Assembly (NCBI GenBank): GCA_043803225.1
Contig: JAZDKF010000026.1
Coordinates: 2,250 to 66,249, forward strand
DNA from: Candidatus Beckwithbacteria bacterium
GTDB lineage: Bacteria; Patescibacteriota; Microgenomatia; UBA1400; CG1-02-47-37
DNA: 64,000 nucleotides
Reading direction: 5' to 3'
Shown in pieces: positions 37,822-52,301 of the stretch. Every line of letters starts with the position of its first letter. Position 1 is the first letter of the stretch. The notes under the pieces are model-generated. The model did not search any database. It was not told where the DNA came from and saw only the letters and a program-made list of their open reading frames with translations. The position numbers and the translations under genes were made by a program.

Positions 37822-38555
37822 AATTTTGCCGCTAACATCGCCAGTAATAAAAATGGTCCAAAAGCGATTCTGTCCTTAAGCTTTTTCTTGCCTCTTATTA
37901 TTAGTATCACACCCACAACTGCACCTGTCAAGAAAGCAATCAAGTAGGCTACCAGAATTTTCGGCCAACCTAAAACTAGGCCTAAAAGCACTGCCAGTTT
38001 TATATCCCCAAAACCCATGCCTTTTTTCTTAGTCAATAAATATAAAGAGTAAATAAAGATAAACGAACCTAAAGCCGTCCAAATCACTTGCCATTGTCCG
38101 GAGAAGGGGAGTCGAAGCAAGGCCAAACCAATTAAGGGATATAAAATCTCATCTGGAATTAACATATACTTTAAATCAAAAATAATAATTCCTATTGATC
38201 CGGAAAATAAAATCAGCCAGTAAATCAGCAAAGCCAGACTGTAAAACCCCTCCCAGCTGTTAAAAAAATTAAAGTTCACTGACAACAGCCAATAAACCCA
38301 GACAAATTCAATTCCTATCAACAATTCTGTTAACGGGTATTCAACCGGAATCTTGCGCTGGCACTTACGGCATCTGCCTTTTAAAATTAAAAATGACAGT
38401 AAAGGAATATTGTCATACCAGCCAATTTTTGCCTGGCACTGATCACAGTGAGACCGGCCGGTGATAAACGATTCTCCCTTTTTAATTCGATAAACCATTA
38501 CGTTTAGAAAACTTCCCACCGCCAAACCTAAAACAAACAAAATCAGATACGTCAT
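37773..38555 (-). CDS. pilD: Prepilin peptidase
   Basis: GSFLNV, RSHCDQC/GRCRKC Zn motifs, GMGFGDIKL, FGPFL. Confidence 0.95.
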   Translation of the reverse strand: MTYLILFVLGLAVGSFLNVMVYRIKKGESFITGRSHCDQCQAKIGWYDNIPLLSFLILKGRCRKCQRKIPVEYPLTELLIGIEFVWVYWLLSVNFNFFNSWEGFYSLALLIYWLILFSGSIGIIIFDLKYMLIPDEILYPLIGLALLRLPFSGQWQVIWTALGSFIFIYSLYLLTKKKGMGFGDIKLAVLLGLVLGWPKILVAYLIAFLTGAVVGVILIIRGKKKLKDRIAFGPFLLLAMLAAKLWGETIWQWYLKVLLY

Positions 38556-38574
38556 TCTCTAAATATATCATATC

Positions 38575-38596
38575 TTCCACCTCTAAGGTGGAAAGT
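38575..38596. repeat. REP-like palindrome upstream of RAYT
   Basis: TTCCACCT-CTA-AGGTGGAAAGT; identical 22-mer at 39149-39170. Confidence 0.8.
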
Positions 38597-38618
38597 TGAT
38601 ATGCTATGATTAAGTATT

Positions 38619-39281
38619 ATGCCCGGTAGACTAATTCCCTTAGTTACCAATGAAATCTATCATGTTTTTAATAAAGGTATTTCTTCTCAAATAGTATTTG
38701 CTGATAAATCTGATTATCAAAGAGCAGAGGATTCTCTTCTTTATTACAAGCACGCCAAACCGCCAATCAAATATTCACGATTATTTTCTATACATAAAGA
38801 CTCTCGAAACGACTTGATTAAACAGTTGGAAAAAGAAAAAAATAATTTAGTTGATCTAATTACATATTGCTTTATGCCAAATCATTTTCATCTTTTATTA
38901 AAACAACTTGTTGATAATGGTATTTCACAATATTTAAGTAATTATTCTAATAGTTATACCCGTTATTTTAATACCAAGCATGAAAGATTAGGACCATTAT
39001 TCCAAGGCAAATTTAAAGCTGTCCATATTGAAAACAATGAACAATTACTGCACGTTTCCAGATACATCCATCTTAATCCCTACTCTTCTTCAATTATCGG
39101 TTCAACCGAACAATTAAAAACTTATCCATACTCATCCTTATATAAACTTTCCACCTCTAAGGTGGAAAGTAATATTATAATAAATCAATTTAAAAATATT
39201 AACGAATACTATAAATTTATAATCGACCAAGCCGATTACCAAAAACAACTCCAAAATATTAAAAAACTTACCTTGGAATAA
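38619..39281 (+). mobile_element. REP-associated tyrosine transposase (RAYT, IS200/Y1 superfamily)
   Basis: YHVFNKG, YCFMPNHFHLL (HUH), GPLFQGKFK, RYIHLNP, YPYSS. Confidence 0.9.
39146..39170. repeat. REP-like palindrome inside the RAYT coding sequence
   Basis: ACTTTCCACCT-CTA-AGGTGGAAAGT, perfect 11-bp arms. Confidence 0.8.
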
Positions 39282-39283
39282 CT

Positions 39284-39312
39284 AAAAACCCCTCGTTGCC
39301 GAGGGGTTTAAA
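39284..39312. terminator. Bidirectional intrinsic terminator between RAYT and pilin
   Basis: AAACCCCTCG-TTGC-CGAGGGGTTT between convergent genes. Confidence 0.75.
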
Positions 39313-39330
39313 CTAACCTTTAAATCAAAT

Positions 39331-40041
39331 TTACTCTTCAGGAATACAGACAAAAGCCGCTAAGGTAACATCAGTCCAATCCGGTGTTTCTGTACTCGGC
39401 CAAGGAGCAATTGCCGAAGGGATAGCATCTTCACCTGTTCCTACCCAAGTCAATTGTTTCAGTTTGGTTGTATCTGCACCAGAGGTTGGATCAGTATCAT
39501 CAAAAGTATCTCGGGTGGCTTTTGATTGCGGCATAAAACAAATACTCACTGAAGGATCACCTTCTAATTTCACTACAAACAACTTATCTGCCGTCGGTAA
39601 AGTCGGAAAGACTTTAAAGTAATTTCTTTTGGCAAACTGAGACTTTAATTCCTGAGTCTCAATCAAATATCCATAGTGATTCACTCCGCCGGCATCTACT
39701 TCAGCTAAACACCCGGAAGCATCGCTATTTTCAGCTATGCCTGTAGTTACGTCACCACCGACTGCAGTACACACCCCAACTCCAACCATACGGGCATTAC
39801 CGTAAAAAGCCGCATCGGTACTCTCAGCATAATCAGCATAGTTATTCCAGGGAAACTTTAAATTTGAAGCAAAATAACGGTCTAAGGCGCTGATCAACTG
39901 CGACGCATCCGCCCGCTTGCTCGCATCTCTGGCTTTATTAATCTGTTCAATCGGGTTAATTGCTGATAGTACGGCTACTGCTAAAATTCCAATCAAGGTA
40001 ATTACCACTAACAACTCAATTAAGGTAAAGCCTTTCTTCAT
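39331..40041 (-). CDS. Probable major type IV pilin
   Basis: MKKG-FTLIELLVVI; strong SD GGAGGTG upstream; own terminator. Confidence 0.85.
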   Translation of the reverse strand: MKKGFTLIELLVVITLIGILAVAVLSAINPIEQINKARDASKRADASQLISALDRYFASNLKFPWNNYADYAESTDAAFYGNARMVGVGVCTAVGGDVTTGIAENSDASGCLAEVDAGGVNHYGYLIETQELKSQFAKRNYFKVFPTLPTADKLFVVKLEGDPSVSICFMPQSKATRDTFDDTDPTSGADTTKLKQLTWVGTGEDAIPSAIAPWPSTETPDWTDVTLAAFVCIPEE

Positions 40042-40054
40042 AAACACACCTCCG

Positions 40055-41260
40055 TTAAAACTGGCTGGTAAGATTGTAAATGGGCAGGATAATGGCAATT
40101 ACCAGAAATGCCACACCTATACCTAGTACTATCATCATAAGTGGCTCAATTGCCGTTGTCAAGCCTTTGATTGCCTGTTCTGACTCGGTCTCAAAATAGC
40201 CGGAAACATTGAACAATACTTCGTCAACTTTCCCGGTTTCTTCGCCCACGGCAATCATTTGGGCAACAATCGGTGGAAAGTGTTCAAACTGTCCAATTGC
40301 CGCGGCTAAAGGAATGCCTTTTTCCACATCCTTGGCCGCTTGCTTAATTGACTTGCTGAATAAATAATTATCCGCTGCTCCAGCCACAATCTCCAAAGCT
40401 TCAACAATCGAAATCCCTGACTCAACTAATAAAGCCAGTGTCCGGGTAATCTCAGTTAAAATTATCTTGGTTTTTAACTTACCGATTATCGGCATCTTTA
40501 AAATATACTGGTCATACTTGGCTCTTCCCCCAGGCGTCTTCTGCCACTGCCAAAAACTATAACTACCCCCGATTAGCAATAATAGCTGAAAATACCAACT
40601 CTTTACCATAAAGTTAGATAAACCAATTAATATCTTCGTCATTCCCGGCAGATCAGCTCCAAATTCGTCATAAAGCGAAGTAATTTTCGGGATTACAAAT
40701 ACCATCATTATTACTGCCACGGCAATCATGGCTACGCTGATTATCAGCGGATAAATTAAAGCATTCTTGGTTTTGGCCCTGAACTCTGCTTGTTTTTCCA
40801 TATTCGTGGCTAACCTTATTAGCACCTTTTCTAACACCCCCGCCGCTTCGCCCGATTGAATTAAGGATAAATAAACTTTATTAAAAACCTGCTCATGCTT
40901 GCTTAAAGCCTTAAAAAAAGAATTGCCCCCTTCCACTTCTCTTAATACCTCATCAACGATTACTCCCATACCCACACCTGATTGGTACTTTAAAATTGCT
41001 AAAGCCTGAGCCAAGGGTAAACCCGCATTCACCATCGTCGCCAGCTGTCGGGTAAAATGAACCACATGGTCATTTTTAATCTTTTTAAAACTATTCAGCC
41101 ACTTCATCCAACCCGGGACCACTTCAATCTTTTCCAAATCAATAATAAATAATCCTTTCTGCCTTAAAATACTCTGGGCTTGGATTAAATTAACCGCCTC
41201 CACTATTCCTTTTAATTTTCGGTTTTCTTTATTAGTCGCGCAGTAATTATACTTTTCCAT
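40055..41260 (-). CDS. pilC: Type IV pilus platform protein PilC (GspF family)
   Basis: FTRQLATM, GEAAG, ALIYP, VGEETG, IEP. Confidence 0.94.
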   Translation of the reverse strand: MEKYNYCATNKENRKLKGIVEAVNLIQAQSILRQKGLFIIDLEKIEVVPGWMKWLNSFKKIKNDHVVHFTRQLATMVNAGLPLAQALAILKYQSGVGMGVIVDEVLREVEGGNSFFKALSKHEQVFNKVYLSLIQSGEAAGVLEKVLIRLATNMEKQAEFRAKTKNALIYPLIISVAMIAVAVIMMVFVIPKITSLYDEFGADLPGMTKILIGLSNFMVKSWYFQLLLLIGGSYSFWQWQKTPGGRAKYDQYILKMPIIGKLKTKIILTEITRTLALLVESGISIVEALEIVAGAADNYLFSKSIKQAAKDVEKGIPLAAAIGQFEHFPPIVAQMIAVGEETGKVDEVLFNVSGYFETESEQAIKGLTTAIEPLMMIVLGIGVAFLVIAIILPIYNLTSQF

Positions 41261-41265
41261 AAACT

Positions 41266-42321
41266 TTATCTGCTCTTAATTAAGCGGAGTAAAGAATTAG
41301 GATCCAAACAGTATTCCTGAGCTGTCTTAAAATCAATCTTCCCCGCTATAATCTGCTTTGCCAAATCTTGTTCCAAAGAATGCATCCCTACATCACCTGA
41401 AGTCTGAATCACATTATTTAATAAATGTGACTTACCTTCCCGGATACTGGTCTTAACCGCATTGGTCCCTAGTAAAACTTCGGTCGCCGCCACCCGGCCA
41501 CCGCCGATTGCCGGAACCAGTCTCTGAGCCATTACCACTGACAAAGTGCTGGACAACTGTATCCGAATCTGGCCTTGCTGATGTTCTGGAAACACATCCA
41601 CAATCCGGTCAACAGTTTGGGCCGCACTATTAGTGTGTAGTGTCGCTAGCACCAGATGGCCGGTTTCCGCCACGGTTAATGCTGCCGCGATTGTCTCATA
41701 ATCCCGCATTTCTCCGACTAAAACTACATCCGGGTCTTCTCTTAAAGCTGATCGTAGCGCCACTGTCCAGGAATGAGTATCGCCATGCATCTCTCTTTGG
41801 GAAATAATACTTTTAATCGGTTTATAAATATACTCGATTGGATCTTCAATCGTTAAAATATGGTCTGCCCGGTTCTGGTTAATTTGGTTAATTATTGCCG
41901 CTAAACTGGTGCTCTTTCCATGTCCGGTCGGACCGGTCACTAACACTAGTCCTTGCTTTAACTCCGCCACTTCCAAGCAAATTTTAGGTAAGTTTAACTC
42001 CTCAATTGATCTGATTTTATCGCTGATTAACCGTAAAGCCGCTGCCATGCTGCCCTGTTGAAAATAAACATTTACCCTGAACCGGCCCAGTTCGCCAAAA
42101 GCCACGGAAAAATCCAGCTCTTTATTAACCAAAAACTTGTCCTTTTGCTGTGGAGTCAATAATGGAAAAATCAAATCCTTAGCTTTCGACTCTGTTAAAA
42201 TCTCTTTGTCCACTGGTTTTAACTCACCGTCAATCCTTAAGTGCGGCGGTGATCCGACTGTCAAATGCAAGTCAGAAGCTTGAGCTTCAATTGTTTTTTT
42301 AAGCAATTCTTTAATATCCAT
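41266..42321 (-). CDS. pilT: Retraction ATPase PilT
   Basis: ASDLHL, GPTGHGKST, ALREDPDV, AETGHLV. Confidence 0.95.
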   Translation of the reverse strand: MDIKELLKKTIEAQASDLHLTVGSPPHLRIDGELKPVDKEILTESKAKDLIFPLLTPQQKDKFLVNKELDFSVAFGELGRFRVNVYFQQGSMAAALRLISDKIRSIEELNLPKICLEVAELKQGLVLVTGPTGHGKSTSLAAIINQINQNRADHILTIEDPIEYIYKPIKSIISQREMHGDTHSWTVALRSALREDPDVVLVGEMRDYETIAAALTVAETGHLVLATLHTNSAAQTVDRIVDVFPEHQQGQIRIQLSSTLSVVMAQRLVPAIGGGRVAATEVLLGTNAVKTSIREGKSHLLNNVIQTSGDVGMHSLEQDLAKQIIAGKIDFKTAQEYCLDPNSLLRLIKSR

Positions 42322-42325
42322 AAAC

Positions 42326-44050
42326 TTAACTTTCTGCTACTCTAAGGACTTCCTCTAAAGTAGTCAATCCTTCTAATGTTTTAATATAACCGTCTTGCTT
42401 CATATCAATCATACCATTAGCTTTAGCTTCAGCTTCGATCTTCGAAGAAGGGGAGTGCTCTAAAATCAGCCGCCCGATCTTTTCTGTTACTGGCAAAACC
42501 TCAAAAATTCCGATTCTGCCTGAATAACCGGTACCGTTACACTCCGAACACTTTTTGCCTCGGTAAAACAAAATTTTATTAAGCTTCCGACTGCTCATAA
42601 AACTAGTAAGCAAAGGTCCTAATATTTTTTTAACATCGGCCAACACTGACTCAACTGGCTCATAAGACTCCTTACAATGTTCACAGACTTTTCGGCAGAC
42701 CCGCTGGCCGACTACTGAAGTCATTGACGATGCCAATAAAAACGGTTCCATGTCCATATCTAACAGCCGGGGTAATGCTCCTGAAGCACTATTCGTATGT
42801 AAAGTTGAAAAAACTAAGTGACCGGTTAACGACGCTTGAATCGCCAACTCAGCTGTTTCTTTGTCTCGAATCTCACCCACCATGATAATGTTTGGATCCT
42901 GACGTAAAAATGATCTTAAACCCGAAGAAAAAGTTAAGCCTGCTTGGGGATTAATCTGCACCTGAGTAATTCCGGCAATTTGATACTCCACCGGATCTTC
43001 CAAAGTCATAATATTTACCCTTGGGGTATTAATCATGGTTAAAAGTGAATAAAGCGTGGTAGTTTTGCCTGATCCGGTCGGACCGGTAACTAAAACAATC
43101 CCGTGCGGTACCCGAATGGCAGCTTGCAAATTAGTTAATGCCCGGCCCCTAAGCCCCAACTCTGACAGTTCTGGTACATGAATTGCTTTCTGCAACAACC
43201 GCATCACTATTTTCTCCCCATGAACCGAGGGTAGAGAAGACACCCTTAAATCAACTTCTTCTTCATTAGCCTTGAAACTAAACCTGCCATCCTGCGGGAT
43301 TCGTTTTTCATCAATCTTCATATGCGACAAAATCTTAATCCGGCTAATCACACTGTCATGAACACTGCGCGGTAAAATCAGTTTCTCGTATAAAATTCCG
43401 TCAATCCTGTACCGAACTCGAGTCTTTTCTTCTAAAGGTTCAATGTGGACATCACTGGCTTTGGCTTTAATTGCAAACTCAAGAATTGTTGATACGATCT
43501 TAGCCACTGGCGCTTCTCTGATCACCCCGCCTGCCAGATCATCAACCACCATTTTTTTAGCCTGGATTACATTAGTCTCTTTCAAAGCCTCAGTTACTTC
43601 AGAAGATAAGCTTTGAGAATACCTTTCTCTTATCTGTTTTATTAACTTGCTGGCCTCACCTAAAAATGGCTGCAGCCTCATTCCTGTCTTTGTCTCAATA
43701 AACTCCAAAGCCTGTAAATCAATCGGATTGGCCATGACAATTGATAAAGTCTTTTTCTCCCGATCCAAAGCAAAAGGCAGCACTAGGTATTTTTCCGCGA
43801 CTGCTTCAGGCAGTAAATTCAAAGCTTCAGGTGAAGTACTGGCCGCCGACACATCCATATAAGGTACTTTTAAAATCTCCGCCTTTGCCTGGGCAATCAC
43901 TGCCTCTGGCACCAAGTTATGCTTGACTAACAACTCTTCTGCCGATAAAGACGTCCCTAATAACTCACTCGAGATCCTTTCATGATCTTCCCGATTAATC
44001 TTTTCTAATTTAAGCAATAAATCCAAAAGCTGGCTGTCTTGGGCAGGCAT
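42326..44050 (-). CDS. pilB: Extension ATPase PilB (GspE family)
   Basis: ASDVHIEP, PQDGR, GPTGSGKT, LRQDPN, Zn-binding Cys motif. Confidence 0.95.
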   Translation of the reverse strand: MPAQDSQLLDLLLKLEKINREDHERISSELLGTSLSAEELLVKHNLVPEAVIAQAKAEILKVPYMDVSAASTSPEALNLLPEAVAEKYLVLPFALDREKKTLSIVMANPIDLQALEFIETKTGMRLQPFLGEASKLIKQIRERYSQSLSSEVTEALKETNVIQAKKMVVDDLAGGVIREAPVAKIVSTILEFAIKAKASDVHIEPLEEKTRVRYRIDGILYEKLILPRSVHDSVISRIKILSHMKIDEKRIPQDGRFSFKANEEEVDLRVSSLPSVHGEKIVMRLLQKAIHVPELSELGLRGRALTNLQAAIRVPHGIVLVTGPTGSGKTTTLYSLLTMINTPRVNIMTLEDPVEYQIAGITQVQINPQAGLTFSSGLRSFLRQDPNIIMVGEIRDKETAELAIQASLTGHLVFSTLHTNSASGALPRLLDMDMEPFLLASSMTSVVGQRVCRKVCEHCKESYEPVESVLADVKKILGPLLTSFMSSRKLNKILFYRGKKCSECNGTGYSGRIGIFEVLPVTEKIGRLILEHSPSSKIEAEAKANGMIDMKQDGYIKTLEGLTTLEEVLRVAES

Positions 44051-44076
44051 ATTAAAATTATTATATACTACTAACA

Positions 44077-44760
44077 ATGCTTCACGCCATCCTTATTACC
44101 AGTCAGGATCAAAATCAAGCTCTAAAACTGGCTCAAACTCTAAGTAACAATAAGCTTGAGCCGCAGCCAGATTTATTAATTTTAACTTCCTCCACTTCTA
44201 TTGGCATTGATCAGGTTAAATCTCTGGAAAAATTCTTAAACCAAAAACCTTACCAAAATCCCCAAAAAATTGTCCTGATACCTCAGGCCTCAATCTTAAC
44301 CTTACCCGCCCAGCAAGCCTTGCTAAAAACTCTGGAAGAACCGCCGGCCCACTCCCTGATTATTTTAATTGCTCCTCATCAAAAAACTCTCTTGCCCACG
44401 ATTATTTCCCGTTGTGAACTTCACTCAATTCAAGTCAGTTCTGACCTAACTTTGCAGTTTATTCAAACTCAAAAGGCTATCTATAATCATCTAATCAAAG
44501 CTAATTTAGGCCAAAGAATTAATTTTATTGCCGATTACGCCAGCACTAAAATTATCGCTATTGAGTTTTGCCAGCAACAACTTAAATTTCTTCGCCAGCA
44601 ACTGCTGGTAAAACCAGATAAAAATCTCCTTTCAATCCTTTCCGATTTTAACCTTGCAATTAACCGTCTAAACCATAATCTTAATCCCAAACTTTGCTTA
44701 GAACAGCTCGTCTTCCACTATCCTAATTCTAATAAAACTGATAAAATAGATTCAGGTTGA
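44077..44760 (+). CDS. holB: DNA polymerase III delta' subunit-like (short)
   Basis: SIGIDQV, AQQALLKTLEEPP, LLPTIISRC. Confidence 0.85.
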   Translation: MLHAILITSQDQNQALKLAQTLSNNKLEPQPDLLILTSSTSIGIDQVKSLEKFLNQKPYQNPQKIVLIPQASILTLPAQQALLKTLEEPPAHSLIILIAPHQKTLLPTIISRCELHSIQVSSDLTLQFIQTQKAIYNHLIKANLGQRINFIADYASTKIIAIEFCQQQLKFLRQQLLVKPDKNLLSILSDFNLAINRLNHNLNPKLCLEQLVFHYPNSNKTDKIDSG

Positions 44761-48782
<4,022 letters not shown>

Positions 48783-48783
48783 T

Positions 48784-51336
48784 ATGAATATCGGTAAACT
48801 CCAATCTGTGGAAATCACCACGGAGATGAAAAAAAGTTATCTGGACTATGCCATGAGCGTTATTGTCGCCCGGGCTTTACCGGATATTCGGGATGGTCTT
48901 AAGCCAGTTCATCGCCGCATCCTCTACGCCATGAAAGAACAGGGAATTACTCATGCTTCGGCTTATAAAAAATCTGCCCGTGTGGTTGGGGAAGTTTTAG
49001 GTAAATACCATCCTCATGGCGATATGGCTGTTTATGATGCCATGGTCCGAATGGCCCAGGATTTTTCTCTACGTTACCCGCTAGTTGACGGCCATGGAAA
49101 TTTTGGTTCAGTGGATGGTGACTCACCTGCCGCCATGCGTTACACCGAAGTAAGAATGGCTAAAATTACCGATGAACTATTAAACGAACTTAATGAAGAT
49201 ACTGTAGATTTTATCGACAACTTCGATGGTTCACTCAAAGAGCCAACCGTCATGCCTGCTAAATTGCCAAACTTGCTCCTCATGGGGGCAGACGGTATCG
49301 CTGTGGGTATGGCCACTAAAATTCCCCCTCATAACTTAGGCGAAATTATTGATACCATTAAAGTTGTAATTAAAAAAACTAAAACTGTTACTCATGAAAA
49401 CCGGCCCAAAAACATTATTGACCCGGAATTAATTGACCCGTTAATTCTTGCCGGCAGTTTGGAATCAGAAATTACCTCTTCACAGCTAATGGCTACTCTG
49501 CCTGGTCCGGACTTTCCTACCGGCGGGATTATTTACGACACTACTAACATTGAACAAATGTATACCACCGGCAAAGGCAGTATTATTGTTCGGGGCAAAA
49601 CTAATATTGTTGAGGGGAAAAATAACTTTAAAATTCTGGTAACTGAACTTCCTTACCAGGTCAATAAATCCCGTCTGATTGCTAAAATTGCTGACCTGGC
49701 TAGGAATAAAAGGATTAACGGTATTAGAGACATTCGGGATGAGTCCGATCGAACTGGTCTGCAAATTGCCATCGAACTGAAAAAAGAAGCTAAGCCTAAA
49801 GCGGTTTTAAATAACCTTTTCAAACACACTGAACTTCAGACCAGTTTTCCCGCCAACTTAGTGGCCTTGGTCGATAATACCCCGCAGCTTTGCAACCTGC
49901 GCCAAATTCTCCTAGAATACTTGCGCCATCGTCAGCAGGTAGTCATCCGCCGGACTCAGTTTGAACTTAAAGCCGCCAAATTAAAAGCTCATATTTTAGA
50001 AGGCTTAAAAATTGCCTTAGATAACTTGGATGCAGTTATCGCCACTATTAAAAAATCCCAAGATGCTGATATCGCCAAACTCAACTTAATGAAAAAGTTT
50101 AAGTTGTCTGAAATTCAAGCCCAAGCTATTTTAGACATGCAGCTTCGCCGGCTTGCAGCTCTGGAAAGACAGAAAATCGAAGCTGAGTATGAAGCTATTC
50201 TTAAAACTATTAAAAACTTAACTGCTCTTTTGATCACTCCGGGAAAAATTATCGAAACTATCGGTCAAGAATTAACCGAACTAAAATCCAAGTATGCTGA
50301 CGCCCGCCGAACCAAGATTATTAAATCTTCTTTAAAACAATTTTCCGAAGAAGATCTCGAACCTGAAGAAGCCTGTTTAGTCACTATGACCGCTACTGGT
50401 TATATTAAACGTATGCCGCAAAATACCTACCGGTCCCAACGCCGCGGCGGTAAGGGTGTTACCGGCATGACTACTAAAGAAGAAGATGAAGTCACTCGAA
50501 TCTTTTCGGCTAATACCCATGACACTCTGTTGATTTTTACTGATCAAGGCCGGGTTTTCCGCCTTAAAGTCTTTGAAATCCCTCAGACTTCCCGCCAAGC
50601 TAAAGGCCAAGCCATAATTAACTTGATCAATATTAGCTCCAATGAAAAAATCATGTCTGTTCTTAACTTGGCAAAAGACGATCTGGAAAAAGGCTACCTG
50701 CTAATGGTTACTCATCAGGGAGTTATCAAGAAAACCGCCACCAGTCTTTACTCTAACATCCGCACCAACGGTATTATTGCCATTAAACTCGATCAAGATG
50801 ACCAGCTGGCCTGGGTTAAACAAACCTCTGGTAAAGATCATATCCTTTTAGTTTCCCATAATGGTATGTCTGTCCGCTTTAATGAAACTGACGCCCGCCC
50901 GATCGGCCGCTCTAGCCGCGGCATCCGCGGCATCCGCTTAAATCCTGACGATTATGTGGTCGGCATGGCTGTTTTTAATCCCGACCGTAAAAAAGTCAAA
51001 GGTAAACGCAAATTCTTCCAAGACCTTTTAGTCGTCATGGAAAAGGGTTTAGGTAAACGAACTGAAATTCACGAATATCCTTTGCAGAAACGCGGCGGTA
51101 AAGGCGTTAAAGTCGCCCAAATCACTGATAAAACCGGCAAGATTGTCTCGGCTCATATGGTCACTGAAAAAATTGAAACCCTGATCGTTACTTCAAAAAA
51201 AGCCCAAGTAATCAAACTTCCCTTAAAAAACATTAAACGGATTGGCCGTTCCACCCAAGGTGTTATCTTAATGAGATTCGCCAAAGCCGCTGACTCGGTT
51301 GCCGCCGTCGCTTTGCTGGAAAAACCAGAAGAATAG
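48784..51336 (+). CDS. gyrA: DNA gyrase subunit A
   Basis: YHPHGD, AAMRYTE, GyrA box QRRGGKG. Confidence 0.96.
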   Translation: MNIGKLQSVEITTEMKKSYLDYAMSVIVARALPDIRDGLKPVHRRILYAMKEQGITHASAYKKSARVVGEVLGKYHPHGDMAVYDAMVRMAQDFSLRYPLVDGHGNFGSVDGDSPAAMRYTEVRMAKITDELLNELNEDTVDFIDNFDGSLKEPTVMPAKLPNLLLMGADGIAVGMATKIPPHNLGEIIDTIKVVIKKTKTVTHENRPKNIIDPELIDPLILAGSLESEITSSQLMATLPGPDFPTGGIIYDTTNIEQMYTTGKGSIIVRGKTNIVEGKNNFKILVTELPYQVNKSRLIAKIADLARNKRINGIRDIRDESDRTGLQIAIELKKEAKPKAVLNNLFKHTELQTSFPANLVALVDNTPQLCNLRQILLEYLRHRQQVVIRRTQFELKAAKLKAHILEGLKIALDNLDAVIATIKKSQDADIAKLNLMKKFKLSEIQAQAILDMQLRRLAALERQKIEAEYEAILKTIKNLTALLITPGKIIETIGQELTELKSKYADARRTKIIKSSLKQFSEEDLEPEEACLVTMTATGYIKRMPQNTYRSQRRGGKGVTGMTTKEEDEVTRIFSANTHDTLLIFTDQGRVFRLKVFEIPQTSRQAKGQAIINLINISSNEKIMSVLNLAKDDLEKGYLLMVTHQGVIKKTATSLYSNIRTNGIIAIKLDQDDQLAWVKQTSGKDHILLVSHNGMSVRFNETDARPIGRSSRGIRGIRLNPDDYVVGMAVFNPDRKKVKGKRKFFQDLLVVMEKGLGKRTEIHEYPLQKRGGKGVKVAQITDKTGKIVSAHMVTEKIETLIVTSKKAQVIKLPLKNIKRIGRSTQGVILMRFAKAADSVAAVALLEKPEE

Positions 51337-51338
51337 CT

Positions 51339-52301
51339 TTATTTATTTCCTGAGTGATACTTTTGATATAACTCTTTTAAATGCTGATTGGTTACATGAG
51401 TATAAATCTGCGTTGTCGCAATATTTTTATGTCCCAACATTTCCTGGACTGCCCGGATATCTGCTCCGGCCATTAACAAGTCGGTTGCATAGCTATGCCT
51501 TAAACCGTGCGGGGTAATCTTTACCGGAATCCTGGCCAAATTAATATATTTCTTTACAATCCTCTGCACTGATCGGGGAGTCAACCTCATTTTTTCACCT
51601 TGGCTGGCTTCGCTTTTGACTCCGCCGAAGTGGATAAACATCGGCCGGAAATCATCTTCCCGTTTGTTTAAATATCGTTTTAGCCACTCTTTAGCCCGTT
51701 TGCTTAAAAACACCACCCGCTGCCGGCCGCCTTTGCCGATCACTCCAAACTCGCCCCGGTTCAAATCGATCTCTTCCCGATTCAGCTTAACCAGTTCCGA
51801 AACCCGCAGTCCCGTTGAAAACAGCATCTCCAATACCGCCTTATCTCTTAACTGAGATAACTTGGAAATTCCTACGCTGCCTAAAAGTCTCTCTACTTGT
51901 TCTGTGTTTAAAAACTTTAATGATTTACTCTCGGTTTTTGGCAGTTCAATCTTTTCCGGTGCCAGGCAGCTAACATCCCGTTTAATTAAATACTTTAAAA
52001 ACGATCTCAGGCAAATCACATGATAAGCTTGGGTGGCTCGGCTTAGTGTTTCACCTCGTGGTGTTTGCATTCTGGCCAAAAACACCCGATACCTGGTCAC
52101 CATATCTAAACTTAACTTTCTTATCTGAAACTTTTCTTCCATTTGTTTAGTCCACTTGAGGAAACGGATCAAATAATGACGGTAATTTCTGACCGTCAAC
52201 CTTGAACAGTTGCGTTCAATTTCCAGATATTCTAAAAACTCCTCGATATACCTCATGAGCTCATCTTCGCTTTTTCTTAGTATTTTCTCATTAGCACTCA
52301 T
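51339..52301 (-). CDS. xerC: XerC/D-like tyrosine recombinase
   Basis: TGLRVSEL, GKGGRQR, TPHGLRHSYAT, LGH..TTQIYTHV; SAM-like N-terminal domain. Confidence 0.9.
   Translation of the reverse strand: MSANEKILRKSEDELMRYIEEFLEYLEIERNCSRLTVRNYRHYLIRFLKWTKQMEEKFQIRKLSLDMVTRYRVFLARMQTPRGETLSRATQAYHVICLRSFLKYLIKRDVSCLAPEKIELPKTESKSLKFLNTEQVERLLGSVGISKLSQLRDKAVLEMLFSTGLRVSELVKLNREEIDLNRGEFGVIGKGGRQRVVFLSKRAKEWLKRYLNKREDDFRPMFIHFGGVKSEASQGEKMRLTPRSVQRIVKKYINLARIPVKITPHGLRHSYATDLLMAGADIRAVQEMLGHKNIATTQIYTHVTNQHLKELYQKYHSGNK

Noticed and set aside
50914-50937. CCGCGGCAT tandem duplication in gyrA
   Set aside because: Encodes the RGIRGIR beta-pinwheel blade motif; ordinary
51339-52301. Xer gene as a prophage or island integrase
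   Set aside because: Flanked by core genes with no phage or cargo genes; sequence is typical of a chromosomal XerC/D
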